Below are positions 1 through 11,242 of a stretch of DNA of 64,000 bases, in pieces. Each line of letters starts with the position of its first letter. Position 1 is the stretch's first letter. A program made the translations under genes and the position numbers. The notes under the pieces are model-generated. The model had not been told where the DNA came from. It saw only the letters and a program-made list of their open reading frames with translations, and made no database searches. Source of the stretch: Carcharhinus longimanus. Taxonomy: Eukaryota. The stretch covers positions 103,586,866 to 103,650,865 of the forward strand of contig JASCQW010000162.1 in assembly GCA_030264375.1 (NCBI GenBank), written 5' to 3'.

Positions 1-824
1 TACTGCTTGGAGGATTACGACTCAGACTCTCTGTTTCAATCGGGTTAAATAAGTTGTCGTATTGGGGAACCACGACAAGTCCTACATAAAAACATGATCA
101 CATCACTGGCATATACAAAGTGGGTGGGAGAGTTTTGATTCATAGCCCATCAGAATCAAAGCATGTCAATCTGCCAACAAGTATTTATCTTGTCTTGGGG
201 ACAATTCTGCTGCTGAAAATATATGCCAGCACCACATCTTTTGATTGTGTACACTTCTTCCTTAGAAAAACACTCATACCGTCTTGTTTACTTTGACACT
301 GACAGTAAAGCTACTAAAGTAAACAGGGTGTTAGAGTAAACATATCCATATATTTCCTTTCAGAAAAGCTCAGATGAATTACAATTCTGACTTAAAATTT
401 GATATTTTAAGTGTATTTCAGCAATATTATGACTCATTTTCCAATACAATTTAACACTGGCTTTCTGTGGCAATTATAGCACCTTTTGTACGTCACTTTG
501 ATTTCAAAGTTCATTGTTTCAAACCAACAAAAGGTTCGCAACCAGATAAAGTTGCTGAAAATTGCTACAAATACTTGAGGTATATTTATTTTAATCTTAT
601 ATATTCAAACATCTTGTCCTGAACACAACTCAATTGTTTAATGCCTGTGACATTCCTCAAAATAGATCCAAGAGAACAAAATAAAATCAAGCAAATAATG
701 TGAAGAATAGTAAGGAAATCTGAATGTTTTCTTATCTGGTTAATTCCCTGGCCTAGCTATTTCATAACTCTATTTGGTAAAGTTGTGTTTGTCATCCAAA
801 GCACAAAAAACAAGTAACATTCCA

Positions 825-930
825 ACAAGTAGCGGGTAAATATGTAGGGATATGGGGGTGGGGCCTGGATGGGATTGTGGTCAGTGTAGACTCGATGGGC
901 CGATTGGCCTCCTCCTGCACTGATTATGCT
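825..930 (+). mobile_element. HE1-type SINE, 3' fragment
   Basis: gggcctggatgggattgtggtcagtgtagactcgatgggccgattggcctcctcctgcactg matches the SINE 3' part seen again at 34114, 38660 and 57150. Confidence 0.75.
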
Positions 931-2942
931 GCAAATGTAATCCTGATTTATTACCAGTTCAATTTTCCATTCTCCAAAGCAGCAAAGTAACCAGGGCAGA
1001 GCAACAAAGTTAAAGACAATGCATATCACCAAACAGTATCAATTCTTACCTACTGACATCACCCATGGGCAACACCAACATTTGACTGGAATATATCATT
1101 TAATGGAGAATATGCAATTTTAGAATAACTGTCAGCTATCCTGTGGCTGAGATGTAGGAGATCATTTTCATCACCATCATTTAAGCAATGAACTTCCCAT
1201 TATTGTAACTATCCAATTTTCATTTAATTCGATTCAAATGGGAAAAAAACACCAGTTGCTTAAAAAAAAGAGGCCAGTTTACTGCCCAAAAGGTGAAGAT
1301 GAAAATTGCTCTCAATGTTCTTTTGTTTTGATGATGCGACAAAAAAGCAACAAAGCTATCCAGACAAAGTGGTCATTGGCATTGTTGATTAACTTAGATT
1401 TTGAATTCAATCAAAAATTACTAATTTATGTTAATGTATTCAAGCTTACAGATTGGGAGAAAACTCATTAAATGGAATTTTCCTTTTTCTTCCAAGTGCC
1501 AACTCAAGCAAAGAAAGCAGGGTGCAGCTCATCAGCTGCACAGTCGGCTTTTCTCATCACATCGTGCAGCATTTGGAAAAAAAGTATCTGGAGGCTTGGT
1601 CCATGCCATCATGCAAGTGGAGCAGGGCTGGAAAAAGCTGGCAATGCCAGGATTTCCAAGATCAGGATGCCCTTTATAAAGGGTGCCCCAATCTCTGGTT
1701 TAAAAGGAAGAGGAACCACACGCACATGGACATCCATGCGAGGTTCCAACCATCCGGACTGGAACCTTGTTACACCAATGGTGAGAAGGCAGGGACAATC
1801 AGACTTGAGGTCTCACCAGCGAGATTCTTCTTTTTTGACTCTAGTAAGGATTTTGCACCCACATTGCTGGTTGTGCCTGCAGCAAATGTGGGTGCAAATT
1901 CCTGGTCATTATGTCGCAATGGCTGAACCACAAATGAAGCATCATTCCAGCCAAATTTCAATTTAATCTTAGGATTTGGTGGGAGTGCTAATGATGTGAC
2001 TCAAGCTGTTCAGTAGGGTATCCTGCCAGTATTTCATAATGATCTTGGGCATTGAACCTAATCAGAGAACATTTTTTCTAAGGAGTTATTATGTGTTTTT
2101 GACTACCTGTGTTCATGTGAGATGGCCTCCTATGGGGCATATTCATCATGTGATATTATACTGGAACCTGAGTTGCAAAATCGTCAAATGTACAGGTGTC
2201 ACGCAAGTCAATATTAACAGCTACTTGGTGCATGTTTTTGCTTGTGTGTTATTATATCATCATTAGGTAAATTGACCTCTGAGTTTTAACCCAAATAATC
2301 CAGCGTAACAGTGAGATAATCACCACCTGTGGACAGGGAACAGAATGAACAACCCACATAGTCTCCAGTGCAGAGAAAAAGTAGTTGTTAATCCTGTGGC
2401 ACACTATTCCTTTTGTGTTATGAGAAAAGCTGTAAGTTTCAAGATTTTATGACACAGAGCTTTGCTTTGCAGTACTACTGTGAACATGAGTTGAGTGTAT
2501 TGGGAAAAAGACTGAATTGTCACAATGCACATGCCTGCCATAAGCATTGCTCCCAAGTGTTTTTTGTGAGTCACTGGGGTAGGCAGTGATTGCTGCCAAG
2601 AAATCAAACTGACTTTTAAACTGCTGCAAAGGGTTCACTTACGCAAATGACATTAAAACAAAGTTAATTTATGGAACACCTCCCTGAAATAATTTAGCAA
2701 TGTAAATTTATGACAACATAAAGCATTAAAAATCATCAATCTACAGTATCCAGTCAAGTTTTACTTCAAGAGGACATCCCTCCCATTAAATAGTTTGGGG
2801 TATGTAACATTTTGTGCTATTCCAGTTTTTTTTTTAACTGCACGAGCTTCTTTCATGCTTGATTCCATTTACATATCCCCAGACATTCAATGGAAGTTCA
2901 AATGGCCAGAAAATCATTAACTATCTATGCGAACAAACTTAC

Positions 2943-3122
2943 TTGTCTTTCCAGTGTTTTTCATACGTGTCCTATTAGAGGATTCAATCTCAAACCCCTC
3001 AAGATGGATTTGCTGCAAGTCATCTTTTTCATGAGTCTTCTGATCTACAATATCAATTGGGGACTGCTTGATGCCTGAGCAATTGATGTAAGATGTGGCC
3101 CAATTTTCAGGTCCATAGTTTC
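2943..3122 (-). CDS. PTPRG: Internal coding exon of receptor-type tyrosine-protein phosphatase gamma (carbonic-anhydrase-like domain; equivalent to human exon 3)
   Basis: Translation (G)NYGPENWATSYINCSGIKQSPIDIVDQKTHEKDDLQQIHLEGFEIESSNRTRMKNTGKT aligns without gaps to recalled human PTPRG [60 protein letters not shown], and much better than to PTPRZ1. Minus-strand acceptor ctgttttccctttAG ends at 3123; donor GTAAGT starts at 2942. Length 180 bp, phase 1-1. Confidence 0.93.
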
Positions 3123-4159
3123 CTAAAGGGAAAACAGTAGGTTTAGTGCCAAATGCCATGAAATTCAGATTTAGTTTCAGTTCAAATAACCCAAAGCATG
3201 CAGTTACTGAGATTAGAAAAGTCACAGTTTAATAATTTTACCCCAATGTTTATTATTGTTGCAACATATTATCTGAAAGTTAGAACTTAACTAAGTCATG
3301 TAAAATACATTCTAAACAACAATTTTTTTTTAAGATTGCAAGACACTTGACTTGTTTCTGTCACAATTGGTGCACAAATAACGGGTGGGATCTTTCCATC
3401 CTGCAGTAACAGGTTTAGAAGGTAGGATCAGGAACAAACAAACAGGTTAGAGCAAACATGCGTTCTCACTTGTAGGTGGTCTTATTGGAGGGGGATGAAC
3501 AATGGTACTGCCTAACTGCCTGACAGTAACAGGTAGACACTGACAATCAATTCAAGGTCAAATGCAGGGAACAAGATCTTCCCAGCAATGAAGCAGACTC
3601 TCATTGATTGATTGCTGAGCCCAAAGGTGTCAGTGAAGTCTGCTCTAGTGCCCTCATCGACCCTACAGCAATGGATGCCAGAGAGTCACAGCCATAGTCC
3701 GATGGAGGAGTTGTCCATCCACATTGATGGACTGGCAGCTGTAGCCCACAAAATTTTTTACAAAATCCATAATGATAATTTTTCAGGGGGTGCCATTATC
3801 ATGAGGCACCTTCACAATCTCCTGCCTGTGTCAACAATGGTCACCTCTTCCAGTGTGACTGCCGGCAGAGATTCATTGTAGGCCTCAGATTGGGCTTGTA
3901 GCCTCAGGGATTTGTCCACCATCCTCAATTGAATGGCAGACACAGAAGTAGCTAATTAGGAAGTCACCTCCCAAAACTGAGAGGCATACTGTAGATCCAC
4001 ACAGGGTTGGGACCCAAAATAATGCTGATTCCTAATTAAAACCTATCAGTACCAGATTGTGCCCAATGAGTCTTCTTATGAAGTCATAAGGAACCATTTC
4101 AAATTAACTACAAAAAAAATGCTACAAGCTGCACCTCAGCATAAACCTGACAACATTAT

Positions 4160-4332
4160 AGGTGGGATTTTCTAGCTAATCCTGCCAGTGGGATCTTCTG
4201 GTTCCGCCAACAGTGATCCCCTGCCACAGGTGCCCTGGTGGCAGAGGATCAGGCAATGGGAAATCCCATCGACAACAGCAGACCCAGAGGATCTTGCTGC
4301 AGGCTGTCTTCACCACTGCAAAACACGGCCTG
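4160..4332. mobile_element. Harbinger-like MITE relic
   Basis: gggattttc start plus gggatcttctggttccgcc and aaatcccatcgacaac motifs, shared with the copies at ~6627 and ~8050. Confidence 0.5.
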
Positions 4333-6409
4333 TAGGCGGAATTTAATCTTGTCTATGGGGTTCATGTCTACTAGTTAAAGAATGAGCAAAAGCCTTGACC
4401 GCTTCTCTTGGTGAAAGCCAGATGGAATTAAGTATCCATCATGTATTTAATAGGGCCGTGTTGGACTTTCTCTGGGATTCAGGACCCCGGGACAGAAATA
4501 CTGTCCCCTGAAAGTTTCCAGACCGGCAGCTCTCCACTGCCCATCAGCTTTCTACTGCCTGTCAGTGCCACCAGGAGTGATGGCTGCTGCTGGTAAAATA
4601 TCAAAGGAGAGGCCTAGGATCGATAAGAAACCCAGACCCCAGTTGATTGAAGACAGATGAGATTCAGGAGCGACGGCCACCACCTAAGGTTTAAGTGACA
4701 GAAGGAAGAGTGGCTATTCTTGAGGCAGTAAGATGAGGCCCTTAAATGAGTATTGGCCACTTGAGGACCTTGATTAGTGTCCATGCAGGAAGTCTGTCCA
4801 CGTACCTTCCCACATCAGACTCAATCAGGTGGAGGTGGGAAAGGGGCAGTGTCCCCACTCTGCACCATCCCACTTGACTGAATGCCGCCCTCCAAACTTG
4901 GATTTGGAAAGGTGTCAGGGCAATAGATTCCACCCTTCGAAATACAAGACGAAGACAGGCTTGCACAATGATAAACTCAAAAAAAGTACAAGAACTAAAA
5001 TTGAAAGCTTTTGGAATTCATTCAATAATCAAAATGCATTAACTGCAATGAGCTTTTACTTTCTGCAGAAGAAATCAAACTCAAAAGTTAGTAACAATTA
5101 TCTGTAATTAAGTGCAACTGAATCGATTGTCTGAGCTTGCCATACGCTGTCTGACTACAGGAATCCAAAGATGAAAGGTGAAAAGTCACTAGCACCCAGA
5201 AAAAAGGCAGAACTGATATCCATGGCTAGAGATAATAAATGTACCCCACAGATTAAATAACTTGAAGGATAATGTAGCTAGGATCTATCAAGCAATTTGA
5301 AAATTAAAGTAAAATTTAGGATGATTAAAAAGCATGCGTCTTAAAACACTTAAAGGATCAAGATTAATTTATTCAACATTGGTCAGAAAATGGCTTCTGG
5401 TATCAAGACCATGAAACCGCCCATATCATCTTGTATGATAATTTACTTTCAGGAACACACTTCTCCAGTGCTTCTGCTTTTGACAAGTACCCGATGTTTC
5501 CATGGAAACAATTAAAGCAAGACGAGGCGATTCAAGATTTCAGATCTGAAAACAGGCAACTAAATAAACAAGGTGTGTTTAAATTTAGTGTTAAAATCTG
5601 GTATTTAAAATAAATGTATACACCTAGTTTTGATATTTTGCAGCTGCCATTATCCATTTCCAAACAGAACTGAGACAGAAACAATGTAATTGTGGCTGAT
5701 ACATCCCTACACCTCTAACTTTTCATTCTGCAGAAGGTCACAAAGGTCTGATGTTCACTGTTTCGCAATGCCATGCCCAACTCCTACTCATGCTGGTTTA
5801 CAGACGATAAATGGTTGGAGACAAATGCATACATACTGGAAAAAGCAGCATACATTTCAATGTTCAAAAAATCAATCTTAATTCTAAAACTTAGGAAAAG
5901 GTTTTTTTTCAAATATTATATATTAGAACATATTTATTTTTCAAAATTAAATTCTAAACACTAAAAGCAAGCTCTGATCAACCATTTTAAAATGGAGGAA
6001 AGACAAATCATTTCAAAGACTGAATTCCAGCTTCCTGATAAATTCGAGATTCTGGAGAATTACAAATGACTCCTAAAATACTGTCTTTATTAATCAAATG
6101 GGTTAATTTGTTTTTGATCAAGAATGTTGAAAGCGTAACAACATTCACGGAATGCCGAGAAAGGTTGTTTCTACGTAGCACATTTATAACGAACAGGTGG
6201 AAACACTTTGTTTCAGTCAATTGTAAACACAGAGGGCAAGTGGCTCATTTTTTCACTCAACTTATGTTGACAGGTTTTGATGTTAAACAGGTTTAACAGG
6301 TGCATGATAGTTGGAAACAGGCAAGTGTTTCTTTTTAATCCTCTACAGCAAGCAGAAAATCTGCAAAGTAAAATTAAGATCAAAACAACATAGATGGAAA
6401 TATATTTAT

Positions 6410-7075
6410 GGAACATAAGAAATAGGAGCAGAAGTAGGCCATTTGGACCCTCAAATCTGCTGCACCATCTAACTTTAATATACGATCTTGTCTCTGCTGC
6501 TTTCTGTGGAAGAGAATTCCAAACACCAGTGACCTTCAGAAGATTTTCCTCCTATCTCCATCTTAATGGTTGATCCTTTATTTTGAAACTGTGCCCCTAG
6601 TTCTAGATTCCCCCATGAAGAAATATTGGCTGGGATTTTCCAGCTCTGCCATGGTAGGATCCACTGTGGAGGGCTGCAAGTGGGACAGGCAAACATTCAT
6701 TGACTTTCGATGGAAACAGACAATTCCAACCATTCTCTGAGCAACTACCAGTAAAGCCCCCTCAGAATCTTTTTCAAAAGAACAATTCTCATTCTTCTAA
6801 ACTCCAATGAGTATGGGCCTAAAATGTTCAATCTTTCCACATGAGCCAATCCCTTCGTCCCGGGAATCGGAAAAGTGAAGATTATTGGAATCTGTTTGAA
6901 AGTAATAGTAAGGTGACCAAAACTGTACACAGTACTCTGGGTATGGTCTCACCAATGCCGTGTACAGTTGTGGCAAGATTTCTCCACTTTTATTCTCCTT
7001 CCGCCTTGTAATAATGGTCAATGTTTTATATGCTTTCCTAATTACTTGCTGTACCTGCATGTTGTGTAATGTTCC
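6410..7075 (-). mobile_element. CR1 LINE 3' fragment with a MITE nested at ~6627-6730
   Basis: Tail gaacataagaaataggagcag; ORF 6797-7162 contains LYTALVRPYPEYCVQFWSPY (CR1 RT C-terminal motif). Confidence 0.85.
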
Positions 7076-7869
7076 AGTATACTGTGAACTTCCAGTCAAG
7101 ACTTTAAATTTTTGAACACAGACCATTAAAACTGCCAATGAAGCCCATGTAACCTTTGGCATTTCAAATTCCAGATAGTCCTAAGTCTTAAACAAATATC
7201 GAATTAAATATGAACATTCAGAGTCATCTAGGGAATTAACACGTTCTTTTGTTTGAGGATTGTCCATCAACACATTATCACTTTTTGTAAAAAGGGCTTT
7301 GAACTTGTAACGATTACACGGCAAAGAAGCCAACTTGATTTCGGCTTTGAAAGTCCTGCAGAGTTTCACCAGAAAGCCACAAGTCAATGTGGCAATGTAA
7401 CAATCAACAATACTTTGAGAATAGGAGAAGGGTTCCCCCTAAACTGCTTCAGCTTCAAGTTCTCCTGAGAACCAACATGCTGGAAAATTCAACAACAAGA
7501 AGCCTCACAGTTACTAAGAATGTTCTGCCTTACAGGGCATTTATTTCAACTAAAACACCAGCTCATCTAAGAAACTATGGACCGGTCACGAAAAAGACAG
7601 AAACAGACAGTCATCAATTGTAATTTTTTTTTTACTCTCATCAGTACCTAATCTAGTCTTGTGTGGGGGGTATGTGAGTCAACTGAGTAAGTTTGGATGT
7701 TTAAAACATCCAAGGCACGTATGATAATAAATAACCTTTCCTTAAAAAAAAACTGCTGCCAGTATTATTTAAATTGCGACAATCACTCTGAGGGTAATAA
7801 AACACACACCTTTTACAGACAAACATATTGACCATAGGCAATAAGAAGGAACATATAAATTATGTATGT

Positions 7870-8700
7870 GACACATACTGACCATGTGCTTCATGTAGCA
7901 GTCCCTCTATGCTCCAGTGTTTATCTCTCTCCTTTTAAACAATATACTGCTTTTCTGTTCTTCCTACCAAATTTGTCAGTTTCATATTTTCTAACGTTCT
8001 ATCCGCTAATTTTTTGTCCTTCACTTAAGCTATCAAATCTTTTTTCAAACTCTTTGGCCATCTTTTGGTCCCACTGATGGTGCGCCCTGGATTCCCAGCA
8101 GTGAGGGGTGCATTCAATGAGAAACCCCGTTGACAATGGCGGGACCAGAAGATCCCGCCACCTGCCAACAGCAGGCCAAATCCGCCATGATAAAACACAT
8201 GGCAATTGTGCAGAAAAAAAACGCCCTTTGTATTCTCCTCACAACTTGTATTCCCACCTATTTTCATATTATCAGCAAATTTGGCTACAATAAGTTACGT
8301 CCCTTTATCAAAGTCATTAGCATAGATTATAAATAATTAAAGCCCCAGGTCCCTGTGGCTCTGCACTGGTCTCAATTTGCCATCCCAAAAATGACCAATT
8401 TACACCAACTCTCTCTTTTCTGTTAATTAGCCGATCTTGGATCTACATGAGAAAAATCACCCCCAATACCATAAGCTTTGATCTTATGGAGTAACCTTTT
8501 GCATGACACCTCATCAAATGCTTTTTGGAAATCCAAATACTACCTCTACTGGTTTTTCCTTTGTCTATCTAACTCATTACATTGTCTAAGAACTCAAATG
8601 AGCTTAACACACACAATTTCACTTGCATAAAACAGTTTGACTCAGCCTGAATATATTGTAGTTTTCTCTATATCCTGTTTAATATTGGATTCTAGCATTT
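7870..8700 (-). mobile_element. Degraded CR1 LINE fragments with a MITE inserted at ~8050-8205
   Basis: caccctcatcaaatgctttttggaaatccaaatac reads as YLDFQKAFD on the minus strand; typical CR1 RT remnants. Confidence 0.65.
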
Positions 8701-8706
8701 TACATT

Positions 8707-8822
8707 GGCCGGAATTTTACTGCGCCGCACGCCATGGGAATCGGAGGAGATGAGGGCAAAACATGGAAAGGGCTATTGGCTTTGGGTGGGATTTTATGGT
8801 TTGAGGCCGTAAAATCCTGCCC
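8707..8822. mobile_element. Short Harbinger-like MITE with terminal inverted repeats
   Basis: Left end GGCCGGAATTTTAC versus reverse complement of right end GGGCAGGATTTTAC (11/14 match). A related copy in the opposite orientation lies at ~18226-18360. Confidence 0.65.
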
Positions 8823-8834
8823 ATGATGTCAATA

Positions 8835-9078
8835 AACAAGACATTTAGAGGGTATGTGAGGAAAAACCTTTTTACGGTCTGGAATGCACTGCCTGGGAGG
8901 ATGATAGTGGGGAGTTGCCTCACAACCTTCAGAAAGTACCTGGATGAGCACTTGGTACGTCATAACATTCAAGGCTATCAGCCAAATGCTGGTAAGTGAG
9001 ATTAGGTGGAATGTCAGGTGCCTTACACCTGTGCTGTCTTGATGGTCTGAAGGGTCTCTTCTGCACTGTATGATTCTA
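8835..9078 (+). mobile_element. CR1 LINE 3' end
   Basis: gtctggaatgcactgcctgggagg...ctggatgagcacttg...ctgcactgtatgattct tail. Confidence 0.75.
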
Positions 9079-9744
9079 AATAAGAATTAAGCTAGATATA
9101 AAATGTATGTCCTCAGTGCATTCATTTGCTGCAAGTCAAGAGATTTAACCTTTCAATATTTACACCTGAATTTTCATCCCAGAGTCTGCAAACTTTACTC
9201 AGGAGAAAGTGTCCTGAAAGGTCAGATTTTCCTTCCAGACAACTGGAGCCAGGCCCGACACCACTACAAAGAGACGGGAGATAACCACTGGGCTGCTACA
9301 TGCCAAAGTGGGCTTGTTAAAAGGCCTGCCTCGGTTCTCTGAAGGGTTACCCCATTTGGAAACAAAGCAGTTAAGCCAGACACAGCCTTCAAACCCTCAC
9401 CTCTTTTCACTACTTTTTCAAGCCTCTCATTGATAAAAGTCCATTCCACCCATTTAAATCCCTTCAATTAGTTACTCCCTTATCATAACAAACATCTGTA
9501 TTCATAGCCCCATCTTAAAGACAGCTAATTAAACTGTGAACTTCCACCATGGCCACCCCCTCCCATTGTGTTAATGATAGATTGTGAAAATAGTCAAGCG
9601 GAAATAATGCTGTAATAATAGCACTCAAGCTCCTGTCAATAAACATCTAGTGAAATTGCAAGCACCCATTGTTCTTTCCCAATTACAGGTTGGCCATTTT
9701 TTTCTCCCAATTTAAATTTCACGAGATTTCTATCATCCTCCAAC

Positions 9745-10562
9745 ATAATGTCAGAAATGGGGGTGTTTTCTGATGACGACAAAATGTTCAGTATCATTCA
9801 CAGCTTCTCAGATACTGAAGCAGTTCATGTCCATATGCAGCAAGACCTGAACAATATTCAGGCTTGGACAAATATGAGACAAATAAAATTTGCTGAATCC
9901 CTAACTATCAACATCCTGCGGGCTTACCGTTGATCAAAAACTGAATGGGATCAGACGTTTAAATAATGTGTGCACAAGAGCAGTTAGAGGTTGGGAAGTC
10001 TGCAGAGAGTGACTTACCTCCTGATTCACCAAAGCCTGTCCATTATCAACAAAGCTCAAGTCAAGGATGTGATGGAATACTTGCCATTTGCTGGATGAGT
10101 ATAGCTTCAACAACACTCACAAAGCTTGATACCATCCAGGACAAACTAGCCCACTTAATTGACACCCATCTAACCACTTTAAATAGTTACTCCCTCCACT
10201 ACTGATATACAAAAGCAGCTGTATGTACTGTCTACAAGATATACTGCAGCAACTCACCAAGGCTCCTTAACAGCATTTTCCAAACCACACACCACCTAGA
10301 TGGACATTGGCAGCAGATGCATGGGAATATCACCACCTGCAAATCCTCTCCCCCTCCTCCCCTCCAAGCCATCTTGTCTTAGAACTATATCACTATTCCT
10401 TCATCGTTGCTGGACCATCATGGAATTTCCTCCCTATTACCTCTGCTGATGTACCCAAATTACAAGTTCAAGGCAGCAGCTCACCACTACCTTGAAGAAC
10501 AATTAGGGATGAGCAATAAATTCTGGTAGAATCAGCGATGCCCACATCCCATGAATGAATAA
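9745..10562 (+). mobile_element. CR1/L2-group LINE 3' fragment
   Basis: MGVFSDDDKMFS (FADD-like RT motif), MQQDLNNIQAW, TTLTKLDTIQDKLAHLI; tail atgcccacatcccatgaatgaataa. Confidence 0.8.
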
Positions 10563-10950
10563 GCTAAAATTGAAAAGATTTGATAGCTTAACACTTCCAC
10601 AGAGTTTATCCACTTTCTATGCTTATTTATGGCACATTCATGTCTACTCTTAATCGAAAACGAGACCTCTCCCAAAACTACTTGGCCTCTCCAAAAGGGT
10701 ACTTTACCTCTTCAAAAAAATCCAGTAGATTCAGATCTTTACTTCAAATATCTGAAACCCATGAGTTGCGTTTCTGAAACACTGGTGACCAAATTTACTT
10801 CTGCTTGAAGGCAGCTACGAACATGAGCTGCAAATGGGCAAAATACATCTTGCCTCCTCTCTGCACTCCTCCACCACCACAATGGAAATGGTAGATGCCA
10901 GGTTTAGGGGTAGCACTTCTGGTTTCTGGGCAACAGCGTCAGTTTGACGT

Positions 10951-11242
10951 AGAACAATAAAATCCCCACAGTGCAGAAGGAGGCCATTCGGCCAATTGAG
11001 TCTGCACTGACAGGCCTGCTGAACTGATTTAATTCCACACTTTGATCATGATCATCTGTGGGCACTGAGGGGCAATTTACCGTGACCAATCCACCTAACC
11101 TGTGGGAGGAAACCGGAGCACCAGAGAAAACCCATGCAGACAAGGGGAGAAGCTGCAACCTCCACACAGACAGTGACCCAAGGCCGGAATTAAACCAGGG
11201 TCTGTGGCACTATGAGACAGCAGTGCTAACCACTGTGCCGCC
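10951..11242 (-). mobile_element. HE1-type SINE (tRNA-derived head, CR1-derived tail)
   Basis: Minus strand reads ggcggcacagtggttagcactgctgtctca...ggtttaattccggccttggg...tgtggaggttgca...tggcctccttctgcactgtgggg. Confidence 0.88.

Noticed and set aside
1-2942. Next PTPRG exon (VAILLKDDYF...EFHWG)
   Set aside because: No such motif found on the minus strand by eye; it probably lies beyond the window start.
2917-3225. 102-aa ORF as a stand-alone gene
   Set aside because: Only 2943-3122 is homologous to PTPRG and it is bounded by canonical splice sites. The rest is intronic read-through.
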